Assembly (NCBI GenBank): GCA_964016885.1 | Contig: CAXHJY010000558.1 | Span: 1-50,723 of the forward strand | Origin: Eledone cirrhosa | Taxonomy: Eukaryota | DNA: 50,723 bases | Direction of reading: 5' to 3' | Shown here: one piece after another, positions 1 to 14,410 of the stretch | Layout: every line of letters starts with the position of its first letter | Numbering within the stretch: position 1 is the first letter of the stretch | The notes under the pieces: model-generated | What the model saw: only the letters and a program-made list of their open reading frames with translations | Told to the model about the DNA's origin: nothing | The model's database searches: none | Translations under genes and position numbers: made by a program

Positions 1-96
1 CATGTGTGGAATGACTTCCCCCTCCCTCTCCCCGACACCCCAGGTGTAGCGTGTCTCTCTGTGTAGTCATAACAGCCACCTGTATCTAAGAAAGGT

Positions 97-680
97 GGTG
101 TAGTGGTGGTGGTAGTAGTGTTGTGGTGGTGTTGTTGTGGTGGTGGTGTTGTGGTTGTTGTTGTGGTAGTAGTAGTGGTGGTGGTGTTGTGGTAGTTGTG
201 GCGGTAGTGTAGTGGTAGTGGTGTTGTTGTTGTGGTAGTGGTGTTGTTGTTGTGGTGGTGGTGTTGTGGTTGTTGTGGTGGTGGTGGTAGTGTTGTTGTG
301 GTGGTGTTGTAGTAGTGGTGGTATGATAGCGTGGTGGAGGTGGTAGTTGTTGTGGTGGTGTTGTAGTAGTGGTGGTATGATAGCGGTGGTGGTGATGTTG
401 TGCTAGTAGTGGTGGTATTATGGTGATGGTAATGTTGATGGTGGTGGTTGTGAATGTGTTGGTGGTAGTGGTGGCAGTGGTGATGGTAGTGTGGTGGTGG
501 TGGTGGTGGTGGTGGTTGTGATGGTGATGGTTATGATGGCGTTGGTGGTAATACTGATGGTGGAGGCGGTGATGGTTATGATGGCGTTGGTGGTAATACT
601 GATGGTGGAGGCGGTGATGGTTATGATGGCGTTGGTGGTAATACTGATGGTGGAGGCGGTGATGGTTATGATGGTGGTAT
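97..680. repeat. Degenerate (GGT/GTT/GTA)n trinucleotide tract ending in about 3 copies of a 51-bp unit
   Basis: Direct reading; unit atggttatgatggcgttggtggtaatactgatggtggaggcggtg recurs at ~527-670. Confidence 0.9.
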
Positions 681-1137
681 TAGCTAAGGAGTTAGAAATG
701 GCTGACGTAATAATAATGATGTAAGATATGTTATTGAGAAGAAGAAGAAGAAACTCGTTGAACTTGAATGAGAAGTGTTTTGTTGTGATTCATACAACTT
801 AATCTCACCAGCAACGGTTTCTGTGGGGGGGGTGGGGGGGGCTCTGTGTGTGGAGTGGGGTCGTGTCTAGTGGGCTTGGTCGGTCCTGAAGCAGCGAAGG
901 TTAATATTTTAATAAAATATGTAAAAGGCAATGAGACGATATTTATGATGATAAGAGTGAGGTGGTGTGGTTAGTAGTGATGGCGGTAGGTAGGTAGGTG
1001 GGTGGGTGGGTGTGGCATTAGTATGGTGGTGCTAGTCAGTGGTTATGGGGGGGGGGGGGTAGTGGAGGTGTTGATGGGGGTGTGTTGGAGAAAGATATAT
1101 CATGATGGAAGTGCGTCATCGGAAATCCAACATTGAA

Positions 1138-1175
<38 letters not shown>

Positions 1176-1366
1176 GAATGAATGAACGAATGGTATCGAC
1201 CTTAATAACCGAAACCGTAGTAATTTCCAGAAGTTGACTGAGGGAGATGGGATTGTCCGTCTTTCCGTTTTCTTTTCCATTGTCTTTGTGTGCACCTATT
1301 TTGTGTTATATATATATATATATTGTATAATATATAAGATCAAAAGATGGTTAAAAGAGTTCCATG

Positions 1367-1437
1367 TATTTTATTATGCGCATTTCAAAAACAAATATCA
1401 TCATGCGATGACATTTGCGTTTTCGTCAGATAAAATA
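1367..1437 (-). ncRNA. Type I hammerhead ribozyme motif (family A, left arm)
   Basis: Reverse complement of the 1562-1632 motif. Confidence 0.75.
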
Positions 1438-1561
1438 GGGAGACATGATATGAAGGTTAAAAAACACTTGTGAATAGTGCAGTTTTAAATCAACATATCA
1501 TATATGTTGATTTAAAACTGCACTATTCACAAGTGTTTTTTAACCTTCATATCGTGTTCCC

Positions 1562-1632
1562 TATTTTATCTGACGAAAACGCAAATGTCATCGCATGATG
1601 ATATTTGTTTTTGAAATGCGCATAATAAAATA
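1562..1632 (+). ncRNA. Type I hammerhead ribozyme motif (family A, right arm)
   Basis: TATTTTAT-CTGACGA-[long stem II GCAAATGTCATC/GATGATATTTGT]-GAAA-TGCGCA-TA-ATAAAATA: perfect 8-bp stem I, palindromic stem III, predicted cleavage after 1624. Confidence 0.8.
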
Positions 1633-1755
1633 CATGGAACTCTTTTAACCATCTTTTGATCTTATATATTATTTATACTCCAGTCCTACAAACTGTAGAG
1701 TGCTACTTATCCGATATCTGCATTGCTTTATTGTACTACAATAAAACTCACCTCC

Positions 1756-1791
<36 letters not shown>

Positions 1792-1941
1792 CATACAGTG
1801 TAGGAATTTCAGTGAATTACTTACTGATGGTGGTACTAATATAAGCACCCGATGCACAGACAGAGCCAATGATCTGCGAAACGCGTGTAACAGGTTGATA
1901 CTCAATGAAAATATAAAATACATGTAAACGAAACTTCATCG

Positions 1942-2018
<77 letters not shown>

Positions 2019-2127
2019 TCTCTATCATACATATTCTCTCTCTCTTTCGTTTTAGAATCTTTTGATATTTTCTAATAAGTCCTCTGCAGTTCCTTTTGAA
2101 AAACCATATTCCCTATGTCCGTAATTT

Positions 2128-2166
2128 TATCACTGTTTCCAGACCTTCGCAGTCACATCATCAGGA
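2128..2166 (-). ncRNA. Degenerate hammerhead-like motif
   Basis: Minus strand CTGATGA-TGTGACTGCGAAGGTCTG-GAAACAG; stem I does not pair well. Confidence 0.35.
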
Positions 2167-2777
2167 GTGTTGTTGGTTTATTTGTACTTCCCCCTCTTTT
2201 ATTGTAGACATATATATGTTATGAAATTTTAAGCAGTTCTTATTATGCTATCACTATGGCTTTCCTACCGAAATTTCAATCTTCTCCATATATATACAGC
2301 GAAAAAAAACAGACCCAGGTAAACCATAGTAAAACTTTATGGCTAACACAGGGGCATGTTTTGAAACCTAAGGTAGCGATCAACTTTGTACCCATATATA
2401 TATATATGGGTACACGGACTCGCGTGGCCACTGCCGTCATTGAAATACGTATCACAGCCTTATCAATAAAGGACTGTAACATCTGAAACTACTTCGCATT
2501 TTCTTATTCTAAATGTACTCTGTCATTCCTACCTGGAAAAGGTGCGTTGAGTGCTTGAATTGAGTTGCATCAATATTTACCGTAAGTATATATATATGTT
2601 TCGTTTCTGAATTTGTTTTGCAAGATTCTTTATCTTAAAACGTGTGCTGAAACAGATATTGTTATACTTTGGGAGGGTCATACTGCCAATAAAAACACAC
2701 GCACCTGTTGGTTTTCACTTCAGTTTATTATAAATTTCCGGTTGGTTGGTTCGATAACCGGAAGGTTGTTTATATAT

Positions 2778-2820
2778 GTCAAAGCCCTTTCGTCACACAT
2801 TCTGTGACCTCCTCAGTGAC
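2778..2820 (-). ncRNA. Type I hammerhead ribozyme motif
   Basis: Minus strand GTCA-CTGAGGA-G-GTCACA gaatg TGTGAC-GAAA-GGGC-TT-TGAC (stem I GTCA/TGAC, 6-bp stem II). Confidence 0.7.
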
Positions 2821-2953
2821 TAAGTTTTTATTTTGTCTCTCTCCTTTGTTCTGTCCTACACCATCTTGTTTTTGTGTGTTGTGCGCTTAGTTTGCGCATT
2901 CCTTACAAGATGATGTAGGACAGAACAAAGGAGAGACACAAAATAAAATCCTA

Positions 2954-2995
2954 GTCACTGAGGAGGTCACAGAATGTGTGACGAAAAGCTTTGAG
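2954..2995 (+). ncRNA. Type I hammerhead ribozyme motif (mirror copy)
   Basis: gtca-ctgagga-g-gtcacagaatgtgtgac-gaaa-agct-tt-gag. Confidence 0.6.
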
Positions 2996-3113
2996 AATAT
3001 ATAAACTTTCCGGCTATCGAACCAACTAACCGGAAACTTATAATAAATTGAAGTGAAAACAAACAAGTGCGTGTCTTTTTATTGGCAGCATGACCCTCCC
3101 AAAGTATATATAT

Positions 3114-3880
3114 GGTGTAGTTACGTAGTGTAGTGTAGTGTGGTGTGGTGTGGTGTATTCTAGTGTAGTGCGGTGTGGTGTAATGTAGTGTAGTGTAGTA
3201 TGGTGTGGTGTGATGTAGTGTAGTATGGTGTGGTGTAGTGTGGTGTGGTGTATTCTAGTGTAGTGCGGTGTGGTGTAATGTAGTGTAGTGTAGTATGGTG
3301 TGGTGTGATGTAGTGTAGTGTAGTATGGTGTAGTTACGTAGTGTGGTGTATTCTAGTGTAGTGCGGTGTGGTGTAATGTAGTGTAGTATGGTGTGATGTG
3401 ATGTAGTGTAGTATGGTGTGGTGTATTGTATGTAGTATGGTGTGGTGTATTCTAGTGTAGTGTGGTGTGGTGTAATGTAGTAATGTAGTGTAGTATGGTG
3501 TGGTGTGATGTAGTGTAGTGTAGTGTAGTATGGTGTGGTGTAGTATGGTGTGGTGTATTCTAGTGTAGTGCGGTGTGGTGTATTCTAGTGTAGTGCGGTG
3601 TAATGTAGTGTAGTATGGTGTGGTGTAATGTAGTGTAGTATGGTGTGGTGTAATGTAGTGTAGTATGGTGTGGTGTGATGTAGTGTAGTGTAGTGTAGTA
3701 TGGTGTGGTGTAGTATGGTGTGGTGTATTCTAGTGTAGTGCGGTGTGGTGTATTCTAGTGTAGTGCGGTGTAATGTAGTGTAGTATGGTGTGGTGTGATG
3801 TAGTGTAGTGTAGTGTAGTATGGTGGGGTGTAGTGTATGTAGTATGGTGTGGTGTAGTGTGGTGTAGTATGGTGTGGTGT
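3114..3880. repeat. Pentanucleotide (GTGTA/GTGTG/GTATG) satellite with higher-order units
   Basis: Direct reading; recurring gtattctagtgtagtgcggtg. Confidence 0.9.
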
Positions 3881-3915
3881 ATGATTGGTAACTTTATGTT
3901 ATCGACCAAGCAACC

Positions 3916-4330
3916 CTCTCCACCACACCTTCCATCCCTCGTCATCTCCACCACACCTTCCATCCCTCGCCATCTCCACCACACCTTCCATCCCTCGTCA
4001 TCTCCACCACACCTTCCATCCCTCGTCATCTCCACCACACCTTCCATCCCTCGCCACCTCCACCACACCTTCCATCCCTCATCATCTCCACCACACCTTC
4101 CATCCCTCGCCATCTCCACCACACCTTCCATCCCTCGTCATCTCCACCACACCTTCCATCCTTCGTCATCTCCACCACACCTTCCATCCCCCATCCCTCG
4201 TCACCTCCACCACACCTTCCATCCCTCGTCATCTCCACCACACCTTCCATCCCTCGCCATCTCCACCACACCTTCCATCCCTCGCCATCTCCACCACACC
4301 TTCCATCCCTCGTCATCTCCACTCCATCCA
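3916..4330. repeat. 29-bp minisatellite (~14 copies)
   Basis: Unit ctccaccacaccttccatccctcg(t/c)cat. Confidence 0.92.
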
Positions 4331-4609
4331 CCTCACCTTAACGGGAGAGTGAACCCTGCTCCCCCTATGCAGGATTTTTGTTCTAACTGAAAAGGAAAGG
4401 AAAATGGATGGGTTGTGTTGGGGTCGGGTGGGGTGGTTGATGTCGGGTGGGGTGGTGTAGTGGTGTAGACGTAACTAAATACCCACACGGTGGTATCTTG
4501 TCTGTCACTCAAGTGATTCTCTTATATAAATATAAGAAAGGAATGAAGAAAGAAAGAATCGTGTGAGAATCTCAAAAAGTATGATTATAGACCCCATTAA
4601 TTTTTGTTT

Positions 4610-6322
<1,713 letters not shown>

Positions 6323-6529
6323 TGATAGCGGAAATAGTTGTGACTTTAACTCATCAGCATGTTTTAGCTTTGTTGTTGTTGTTGCTGCAGTTCTTAGTGT
6401 TTGTTGTTGTACCTGCTGTTGTTGCTGGTGCAGTTGCAGTTGTTGTTGTTGTTGTTTGTCCTATTCAGAGCCAAAGAATGTAGAATAAAAATGATTTCTT
6501 GTATTGGCACAAGGCCATGCACAGCTAAT

Positions 6530-6970
6530 ACTAGTAGTAGTAGTAGTACTGGTAGTAGTAGTAGTAGTAGTACTAGTAGTAGTGGTGGTGGTAGAAGTGG
6601 TCGTAGCTGTAGTAGTAGTAATAGTGATAGTAGTATAAGTGGCGGCGGTGGTTGGAGGGGGTAGTAGTACTGGTGGTGGTGGTAGAAGTGGTCGTAACTG
6701 TAGTAGTAGTAATAGTGATAGTAGTAGTATAAGTGGCGGCGGTGGTTGGAGGGGGTAGTAGTAGTAGTGGTGGTGGTAGAAGTGGTCGTAGCTGTAGTAG
6801 TAGTAATAGTGATAGTAGTATAAGTGGCGGCGGTGGTTGGAGGGGGTAGTAGTACTGGTGGTGGTGGTGGTGGTAGAAGTGGTCGTAGCTGTAGTACTAG
6901 TGATAGTAGTAGTATAAGTGGCGGCGGTGGTTGGAGGGGGTAGTAGTAGTAGTGGTGGTGGTGGTGGTGT
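6530..6970. repeat. GTA/GGT-rich minisatellite, ~75-85-bp unit, about 5 copies
   Basis: Recurring gtagaagtggtcgtagctgtag...tataagtggcggcggtggttggagggggtag. Confidence 0.85.
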
Positions 6971-6971
6971 T

Positions 6972-9060
6972 AGATTGTTTATGGTTACAGTAGAATCTGC
7001 ATCGCTAGAAACATGGACTTTGAAACCTTAAAGACAGAATTAGATGGATGCTACACCAAAATGGTGAGAATGGCACTGAATATGTCTTGGAGAAGACATA
7101 TAACAAATGTAGAACTTAACGATGATCTTACAAATGTTTCATTAAAAGTTCAACAGAGAAGGCTGCGAATGGCAGGTCACTACATCAGACACACTGATGT
7201 GGTGTCAAAGAATTTAGTGTTCTGGTAACCTACTGAGGTATGAACCTGGAGAAGAAGGAAGTGACTCTCAGGTTACTGCATTAGACACAGGGGTGAGATG
7301 GCAACCTGTAGAGGAAAGATGTGACTCGCAGGTTACTACATCAGACACAATGATGAGATGTCAACCTACTGAGGGAAGAACTGTAGAGGAAGGATGTGAC
7401 TCGCAGGTTACTACATCAGACACAGGGGTGAGATGGCAACCTACTGAGGGAAGAACTGTAGAGGAAGGATGTGACTCGCAGGTTACTACATCAGACACAG
7501 GGGTGAGATGGCAACCTACTGAGGGAAGAACTGTAGAGGAAGGATGTGACTCGCAGGTTACTACATCAGACACAGGGGTGAGATGGCAACCTACTGAGGG
7601 AAGAACTGTAGAGGAAGGATGTGACTCGCAGGTTACTACATCAGACACAGGGGTGAGATGGCAACCTACTGAGGGAAGAACTGTAGAGGAAGGATGTGAC
7701 TCGCAGGTTACTACATCAGACACAGGGGTGAGATGGCAACCTACTGAGGGAAGAACTGTAGAGGACAGGTGTGACTCGCAGGTTACTACATCAGACACAG
7801 GGGTGAGATGGCAACCTACTGAGGGAAGAACTGTAGAGGACAGGTGTGACTCGCAGGTTACTACATCAGACACAGGGGTGAGATGGCAACCTACTGAGGG
7901 AAGAACTGTAGAGGAAGGATGTGACTCGCAGGTTACTACATCAGACACAGGGGTGAGATGGCAACCTACTGAGGGAAGAACTGTAGAGGACAGGTGTGAC
8001 TCGCAGGTTACTACATCAGACACAGGGGTGAGATGGCAACCTACTGAGGGAAGAACTGTAGAGGACAGGTGTGACTCGCAGGTTACTACATCAGACACAG
8101 GGGTGAGATGGCAACCTACTGAGGGAAGAACTGTAGAGGAAGGATGTGACTCGCAGGTTACTACATCAGACACAGGGGTGAGATGGCAACCTACTGAGGG
8201 AAGAACTGTAGAGGAAGGATGTGACTCGCAGGTTACTACATCAGACACAGGGGTGAGATGGCAACCTACTGAGGGAAGAACTGTAGGGGAAGGATGTGAC
8301 TCGCAGGTTACTACATCAGACACAGGGGTGAGATGGCAACCTACTGAGGGAAGAACTGTAGAGGAAGGATGTGACTCGCAGGTTACTACATCAGACACAG
8401 GGGTGAGATGGCAACCTACTGAGGGAAGAACTGTAGAGGAAGGATGTGACTCGCAGGTTACTACATCAGACACAGGGGTGAGATGGCAACCTACTGAGGG
8501 AAGAACTGTAGAGGAAGGATGTGACTCGCAGGTTACTACATCAGACACAGGGGTGAGATGGCAACCTACTGAGGGAAGAACTGTAGAGGAAGGATGTGAC
8601 TCGCAGGTTACTACATCAGACACAGGGGTGAGATGGCAACCTACTGAGGGAAGAACTGTAGAGGACAGGTGTGACTCGCAGGTTACTACATCAGACACAG
8701 GGGTGAGATGGCAACCTACTGAGGGAAGAACTGTAGAGGAAGGATGTGACTCGCAGGTTACTACATCAGACACAGTGATGAGGTGTCAACCTACTGAGGG
8801 AAGAACCTGTAGAGGAAAGGTGTGACTCGCAGGTTACTACATCAGACACAGTGATGAGGTGTCAAACAATTTAGTGCTCTGGTAACTTACTGAGGGAGGT
8901 ACCTGGAGAAGAAGGAGAAAATCACCTACGTGGACACTCTGCTAGAAGACATAGATATGGAGACTGTAGAGGAACTCAAGACAATCATGAATGACTCTGT
9001 GGCGGTGTTGAAGCGACGTGTGGAGTCAGTGGAGCGTCCAACTGGACGACCGAGGATAGA
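6972..9060 (+). mobile_element. RTE-clade LINE 3' remnant (pseudogenised ORF2 C-terminus) interrupted by an internal minisatellite
   Basis: ELDGCYTKMVRMALNMSWRRHITNVEL...QRRLRMAGHYIRH...LVFW*PTE at 7013-7240, resuming ~8870-9050 with TYVDTLLEDI..ETVEELKTIMND; typical RTE post-RT motifs. Confidence 0.8.
7290..8870. repeat. 75-bp minisatellite, ~20 near-identical copies
   Basis: Unit caacctactgagggaagaactgtagaggaaggatgtgactcgcaggttactacatcagacacaggggtgagatgg; starts at 7361+75n. Confidence 0.97.
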
Positions 9061-9069
9061 ATAGGATTG

Positions 9070-9200
9070 GGGGGTGAGGAAGTCGATCAAATTGACCCCA
9101 GTATCAGTCTACCCCAGAAGGATGAAAGACAAAGTTGACTTCGGTAAATTTTGAACGAGGAACGAGAACAAATACCGCAATAGCATTTTATCTGACGGAT
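9070..9200 (-). mobile_element. Degenerate tRNA-derived SINE fragment
   Basis: gaccccagt...aaggatgaaagacaaagttgacttcgg matches the SINE core seen elsewhere in the window. Confidence 0.6.
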
Positions 9201-9239
9201 TGAATTTGGTAGACGGAAACTGTAAGGATGCCTGTCGTC

Positions 9240-10351
<1,112 letters not shown>

Positions 10352-10452
10352 GGATCCTTCGTCGATCTCGACGATGAGTCTTTACTTCTTCTATCACCTG
10401 AACCTGTTTGCTCCTTATCAATAGTTCCAGTAGGTAGCAGACATGAGAATAC

Positions 10453-10497
10453 GCAATCTTGATAAGGAGCAAACATTCCGAAACAATTGTCGATTGT
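10453..10497 (+). ncRNA. Hammerhead-like motif with degenerate core
   Basis: GCAATC-TTGATAA-GGAG caaaca TTCC-GAAA-CAATTG-TC-GATTGT: 6-bp stem I, palindromic stem III, GUC site; partial inverted copy at 10405-10421. Confidence 0.55.
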
Positions 10498-10651
10498 TTT
10501 CTCCCGGCTACCACGTGGCGTTTATGAGGCAGTTTACTTGCAAACAAACCTATTAATAATAACTGTTTCTGCTTTTGGCACAAGGCGAGCAATAACCCAG
10601 TGCATTACTGGTAAACAAATTTTGTTTTATATATATATATAAAATATAGAT

Positions 10652-10704
10652 GAGATTCTACAGGACTAGAACTGTTTCATTCTTTAGAAATCATCAGGAA
10701 TCTC
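10652..10704 (-). ncRNA. Type I hammerhead ribozyme motif (family C)
   Basis: Minus strand GAGATTC-CTGATGA-TTTCTAAAGAAT-GAA-ACAG ttctagtc CTGT-A-GAATCTC: perfect 7-bp stem I, closed stem III, GUA site. Confidence 0.75.
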
Positions 10705-10764
10705 TGCTATGTATTGAGTACCTTACTTACTGTGGTTACCTCCGATTCAACCCGGAATAACTTA

Positions 10765-10817
<53 letters not shown>

Positions 10818-11035
10818 GATCGAGTATCGAAAAATCGGCGCACGAGTTCACGATAAACAAGATTCGAAATGAGCGGCAGAGGGCTCAATAATTCAGATGA
10901 ATCAGAGCTATAACTATCGTTAAAATACCGTCACACATAGAACAAGTCTAAAATCAACCATACGAAAAAAAATCGATAATAGAAGATTCGGGACAATCAG
11001 ATAAAAAATATCAATAAAACAATACATCAATAATT

Positions 11036-11094
<59 letters not shown>

Positions 11095-11133
11095 GATATT
11101 AATAAATGGAAACTATATTTATAAAACCATATT

Positions 11134-11198
11134 TATTTCATTATACATATTTCAGGGATACCACAATAAATTATGGTATGCCTTCATCAGACAAAATA
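11134..11198 (-). ncRNA. Type I hammerhead ribozyme motif (family B, left arm)
   Basis: Reverse complement of 11296-11360. Confidence 0.75.
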
Positions 11199-11295
11199 CA
11201 ATATATAACAGTTTTACAAATAGGTTTGACGTACCCTTTAAAATACAGCCATTACTTTTGGAGGCTGTCTGGATTTGTAAAACTGTTATATATTG

Positions 11296-11360
11296 TATTT
11301 TGTCTGATGAAGGCATACCATAATTTATTGTGGTATCCCTGAAATATGTATAATGAAATA
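11296..11360 (+). ncRNA. Type I hammerhead ribozyme motif (family B, right arm)
   Basis: TATTTTGT-CTGATGA-AGGcATACCATAAT tt ATTGTGGTATcCCT-GAAA-TATGTA-TA-ATGAAATA; stem I with two G-U pairs. Confidence 0.78.
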
Positions 11361-11491
11361 AATATGGTTTTATAAATATAGTTTCCATTTATTAATATCG
11401 TATATCTACTCCAAAAATTTGTCGAGTGCTTTATATCAGTTATAAAAATATTTACTTGTTGTATCCCAACAACTTTAAATAGAACTTTTGC

Positions 11492-11547
<56 letters not shown>

Positions 11548-11551
<4 letters not shown>

Positions 11552-11725
11552 AAAAGAGTCAGGAACCCCGACGGCTGAGCTCCGGCCGTTTGGGATCTAG
11601 CTGTCGAAACGGCCGGAGCTCAGCCGTCGGGGTCCTGACTTTTGTCCTATTACCCACTCTACTACCCTAAGTATTGAGTACTCTGGTGCGTTATGGTCCA
11701 CCTGGTACCTTACCACACCTTTGTC
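11548..11725 (+). mobile_element. Fold-back insertion, family D (3' half of a hammerhead plus tail)
   Basis: Inverted arms 11548-11650 containing GTCGAAACGGC...GCCGTC-GGGG; tail tacccactctactaccctaagtattgagtact...ggtccacctgg shared with 24148, 28078, 29029. Confidence 0.7.
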
Positions 11726-11810
11726 ATATATGTGTGTGTGTGTGTGTGTCGGGTTTAATCAGAGGTAACCACACTAAGTAAGGTACTCAATATATAGCAG
11801 AGTATCAATA

Positions 11811-11857
11811 TTTCCTGATGATTTCCTTCGAATGAAACAGTTCTAGTCCTGTAGAAG
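11811..11857 (+). ncRNA. Hammerhead motif (family C), inverted relative to 10652-10704
   Basis: tttc-ctgatga-tttccttcgaat-gaa-acagttctagtcctgt-a-gaag; upstream 11752-11800 is the reverse complement of 10705-10757. Confidence 0.65.
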
Positions 11858-12063
11858 CCATTTCTGTATGTGTGTGTGTGTGTATACATATATATATATA
11901 TATATATATATCGATATGCACTGAGAGGGAGGGAGAGAGACACACGCACACGCACACGCGCACGCGCGCACATACACACAGACGCACAGAGAGAGGGAGA
12001 GAGCTTGATTCCGCTCGTGAAAGTAGTGGAAATACTACATTTTAGGTGATATGCAAGAAGGAA

Positions 12064-12805
12064 GATGGTGATGGTGTTGGTGATGATGATGATGATGGTG
12101 GTTATGATGGTGGTGTTGGTGATGGTGGTGATGATGGTGGTGATGGTGTTGATGATGATGATGATGATGGTGGTGCTGGTGGTGGTGATGGTGGTGGTGA
12201 TGGTGGTGGTGATGGTGGTGGTGGTGGTGATGGTGGTGGTGATGGTGGTGGTGATGGTGGTGATGATGGTGATGGTGTTGGTGATGATGATGATGATGGT
12301 GGTTATGATGGTGGTGTTGGTGATGGTGGTGGTGATGATGGTGGTGATGGTGATGGTGGTGATGGTGTTGGTGATGATGATCGTGGTGATGGTGTTGGTG
12401 ATGATGATGGTGGTGATGATGGTGGTGATGGTGTTGGTGGTGGTGGTGATGATGGTGGTGATGATGATGGTGTTGGTGATGGTGATGGTGATGATGGTGA
12501 TGGTGATGGTGGTGATGGTGGTGGTGGTGTTGGTGATGGTAATGGTAATGGTGGTGGTGGTGGTGGTGGTGATGATGGTGGTGGTGGTGGTGATGGTGGT
12601 GGTGGTGATGGTGGTGGTGGTGGTGGTGATGATGGTGGTGATGATGATGGTGGTGGTGGTGGTGGTGATGGTGGTGATGGTGGTGGTGGTGATGATGGTG
12701 ATGGTGATGGTGGTGGTGGTGGTGGTGGTGGTGGTGGTGATGGTGGTGGTGGTGGTGGTGGTGGTGGTGGTGGTGGTGGTGGTGGTGATGGTGGTGGTGG
12801 TGGTT
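12064..12805. repeat. (GGT/GAT)n trinucleotide tract
   Basis: Direct reading. Confidence 0.92.
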
Positions 12806-12914
12806 ATAGAGAGATGAAAGCCGCTATTATTCTGTATACAGTGTATAATATTACATAGATAGATCTAACAACACACTACACGGAAACCAAGTTTGTCTAC
12901 GGAGAACAGATGTT

Positions 12915-13300
12915 ATCCGCCACCACCACCGCCGCCTCTGTCTCCATACCATTACCACTGCACCGCCACCACCACCACTACTATACCACCGCCTCTGTCT
13001 CCATACCATTACCACTGCACCGCCTCCACCACCACTACTATACCACCGCCTCTGTCTCCATACCATTACCACTGCACCGCCACCACCACCACTACTATAC
13101 CACCGCCTCTGTCTCCATACCATTACCACTGCACCTCACCCCCCATACCATTACCACTGCACCTCACCCCCCATACCATTACCACTGCCTCCACCACCAC
13201 CATACCATCACCGCCACACCACTGCCTCCACCACCACCATACCATCACCACCATCACTACCACCGCCTCCACCTCCATATCAGCACCACTACACCACGAT
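12915..13300. repeat. CCA-rich 60-bp minisatellite (3-4 copies) decaying into (CCA)n
   Basis: ccaccgcctctgtctccataccattaccactgcaccg repeated at a 60-bp period. Confidence 0.88.
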
Positions 13301-14134
13301 GGTGGTGGTGCTGTGATGGTAGTGGTGATGATGATGATGGTGGTGGTGGTGCTAGTACTCTGAAGGTAGTAGTAGTGGTGGTGGTGGTGTTAGTGAATGT
13401 TTTGTACCTGTTGAGCTTGCAAATAAGAGTTATTTTTAACATTGTTGAGAAACACTGTCAATGTTAGCCAGCCTCGTCGTTGTTGTTGTTGTTGTTGCTG
13501 CTGTTGGTGGTAATGTTATTGGTGTTGTTGTTGTTGCTGGTAATGTTGTTGTTGCTGTTGCTGATGTGAAACAAAACAAATAATATAAATAAATATATAT
13601 ATATATATATATATACATACACACACATACATCAGAATGAAATGATCCTAAATGAAATATTTCTTTCTGTTTGTCTATTCTATCTCTACTTCTGTGGAGG
13701 AGAGAAGAGAGAGGGGGGGGGGGGCTGAAAAAGAGAGGATGAGGGAGAGAAAGAGAGGGTGAAGGAAAGAGAGAGGTGTTGAGTGAGAAAGATTCTTGGG
13801 CAAGATTTCCTCTCTTTTACATAGACAAAAATAGAAAATTCTTCCAGCCTTACTGCATGAGCTTATATATATATATATAATGTGTGTGTGTGTGTGTCTG
13901 TATGTGTACATAATAGGGGTTGCCAATATGTGTGTGCGTGTATGTATGATAAATTTGTTTATATATATATATAAGTATATAAACGAGTATATTTTTTCCC
14001 TTCCAACACTTTCGGTACAGCCATTGCCTTCTCCTTCAACACTTCTAGAAAGGGAGAAAATGGCAAACGATAAAGTGATCTGTGCCTTAGCTATTTATAT
14101 AGAGATGGGTGATTATAGATAATTTTTTCCTTAC

Positions 14135-14213
<79 letters not shown>

Positions 14214-14254
14214 TATAATATGAACGAAGTGTAAAATTTTCATTACATTTATTG

Positions 14255-14345
14255 AGGTGAGACACGCGTTTCGCGATTGATCAGCTCAAGGTTCGGTCTG
14301 TGTCGATCGGGCCCGACTCCGGAATAATAAAAATCATCGGGCTTC
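14255..14345 (-). ncRNA. Hammerhead-like motif with extended stem II (family F), degenerate
   Basis: Minus strand CCGATGA...GATCGACACAGACCGAACCTTGAGCTGATCAATCGC-GAAA-CGCGTG-TC; homologous to 26530, 34137, 34415. Confidence 0.5.
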
Positions 14346-14410
14346 TGTTAGCCTAATGACGGAATATATGTATGTATGTATGTCTCATCTGTCTTTCACT
14401 ATATCTCAAA

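Larger units (their letters stand above)
1328..1671. mobile_element. Near-perfect palindromic (fold-back) insertion, hammerhead family A, probable Penelope-like pLTR remnant
   Basis: Arms of ~170 bp with ~3-nt loop at ~1499-1501; TA-rich ends; one hammerhead motif per arm; homologous to 29310-29531. Confidence 0.75.
2663..3108. mobile_element. Diverged palindromic insertion with a hammerhead in each arm
   Basis: tatactttgggagggtca... / ...tgaccctcccaaagtata; arms ~205 bp with scattered mismatches and ~35-bp spacer at ~2870-2904. Confidence 0.75.
11090..11490. mobile_element. Palindromic insertion, hammerhead family B, with 3' tail extension, between (TA)n tracts
   Basis: Arms 11090-11221 and 11271-11404 (explains identical METIFIK ORFs on both strands); tail 11405-11490 is homologous to 44760-44845 and 35630-35715. 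Confidence 0.8.

Noticed and set aside
7293-8825. 510-aa repeat protein or CRISPR-like array
   Set aside because: Contiguous tandem units with no unique spacers, derived from LINE sequence; no ATG start or expression evidence
11106-11388. Twin 78-aa METIFIK ORFs and twin MKRWLLQ ORFs (33490-34104) as duplicated genes
   Set aside because: By-products of DNA palindromes; no coding signature
12046-12858. Gly/Asp-rich 270-aa ORF resembling a structural protein
   Set aside because: Pure GGT/GAT trinucleotide tract; no signal peptide, unique domain or supported splice context
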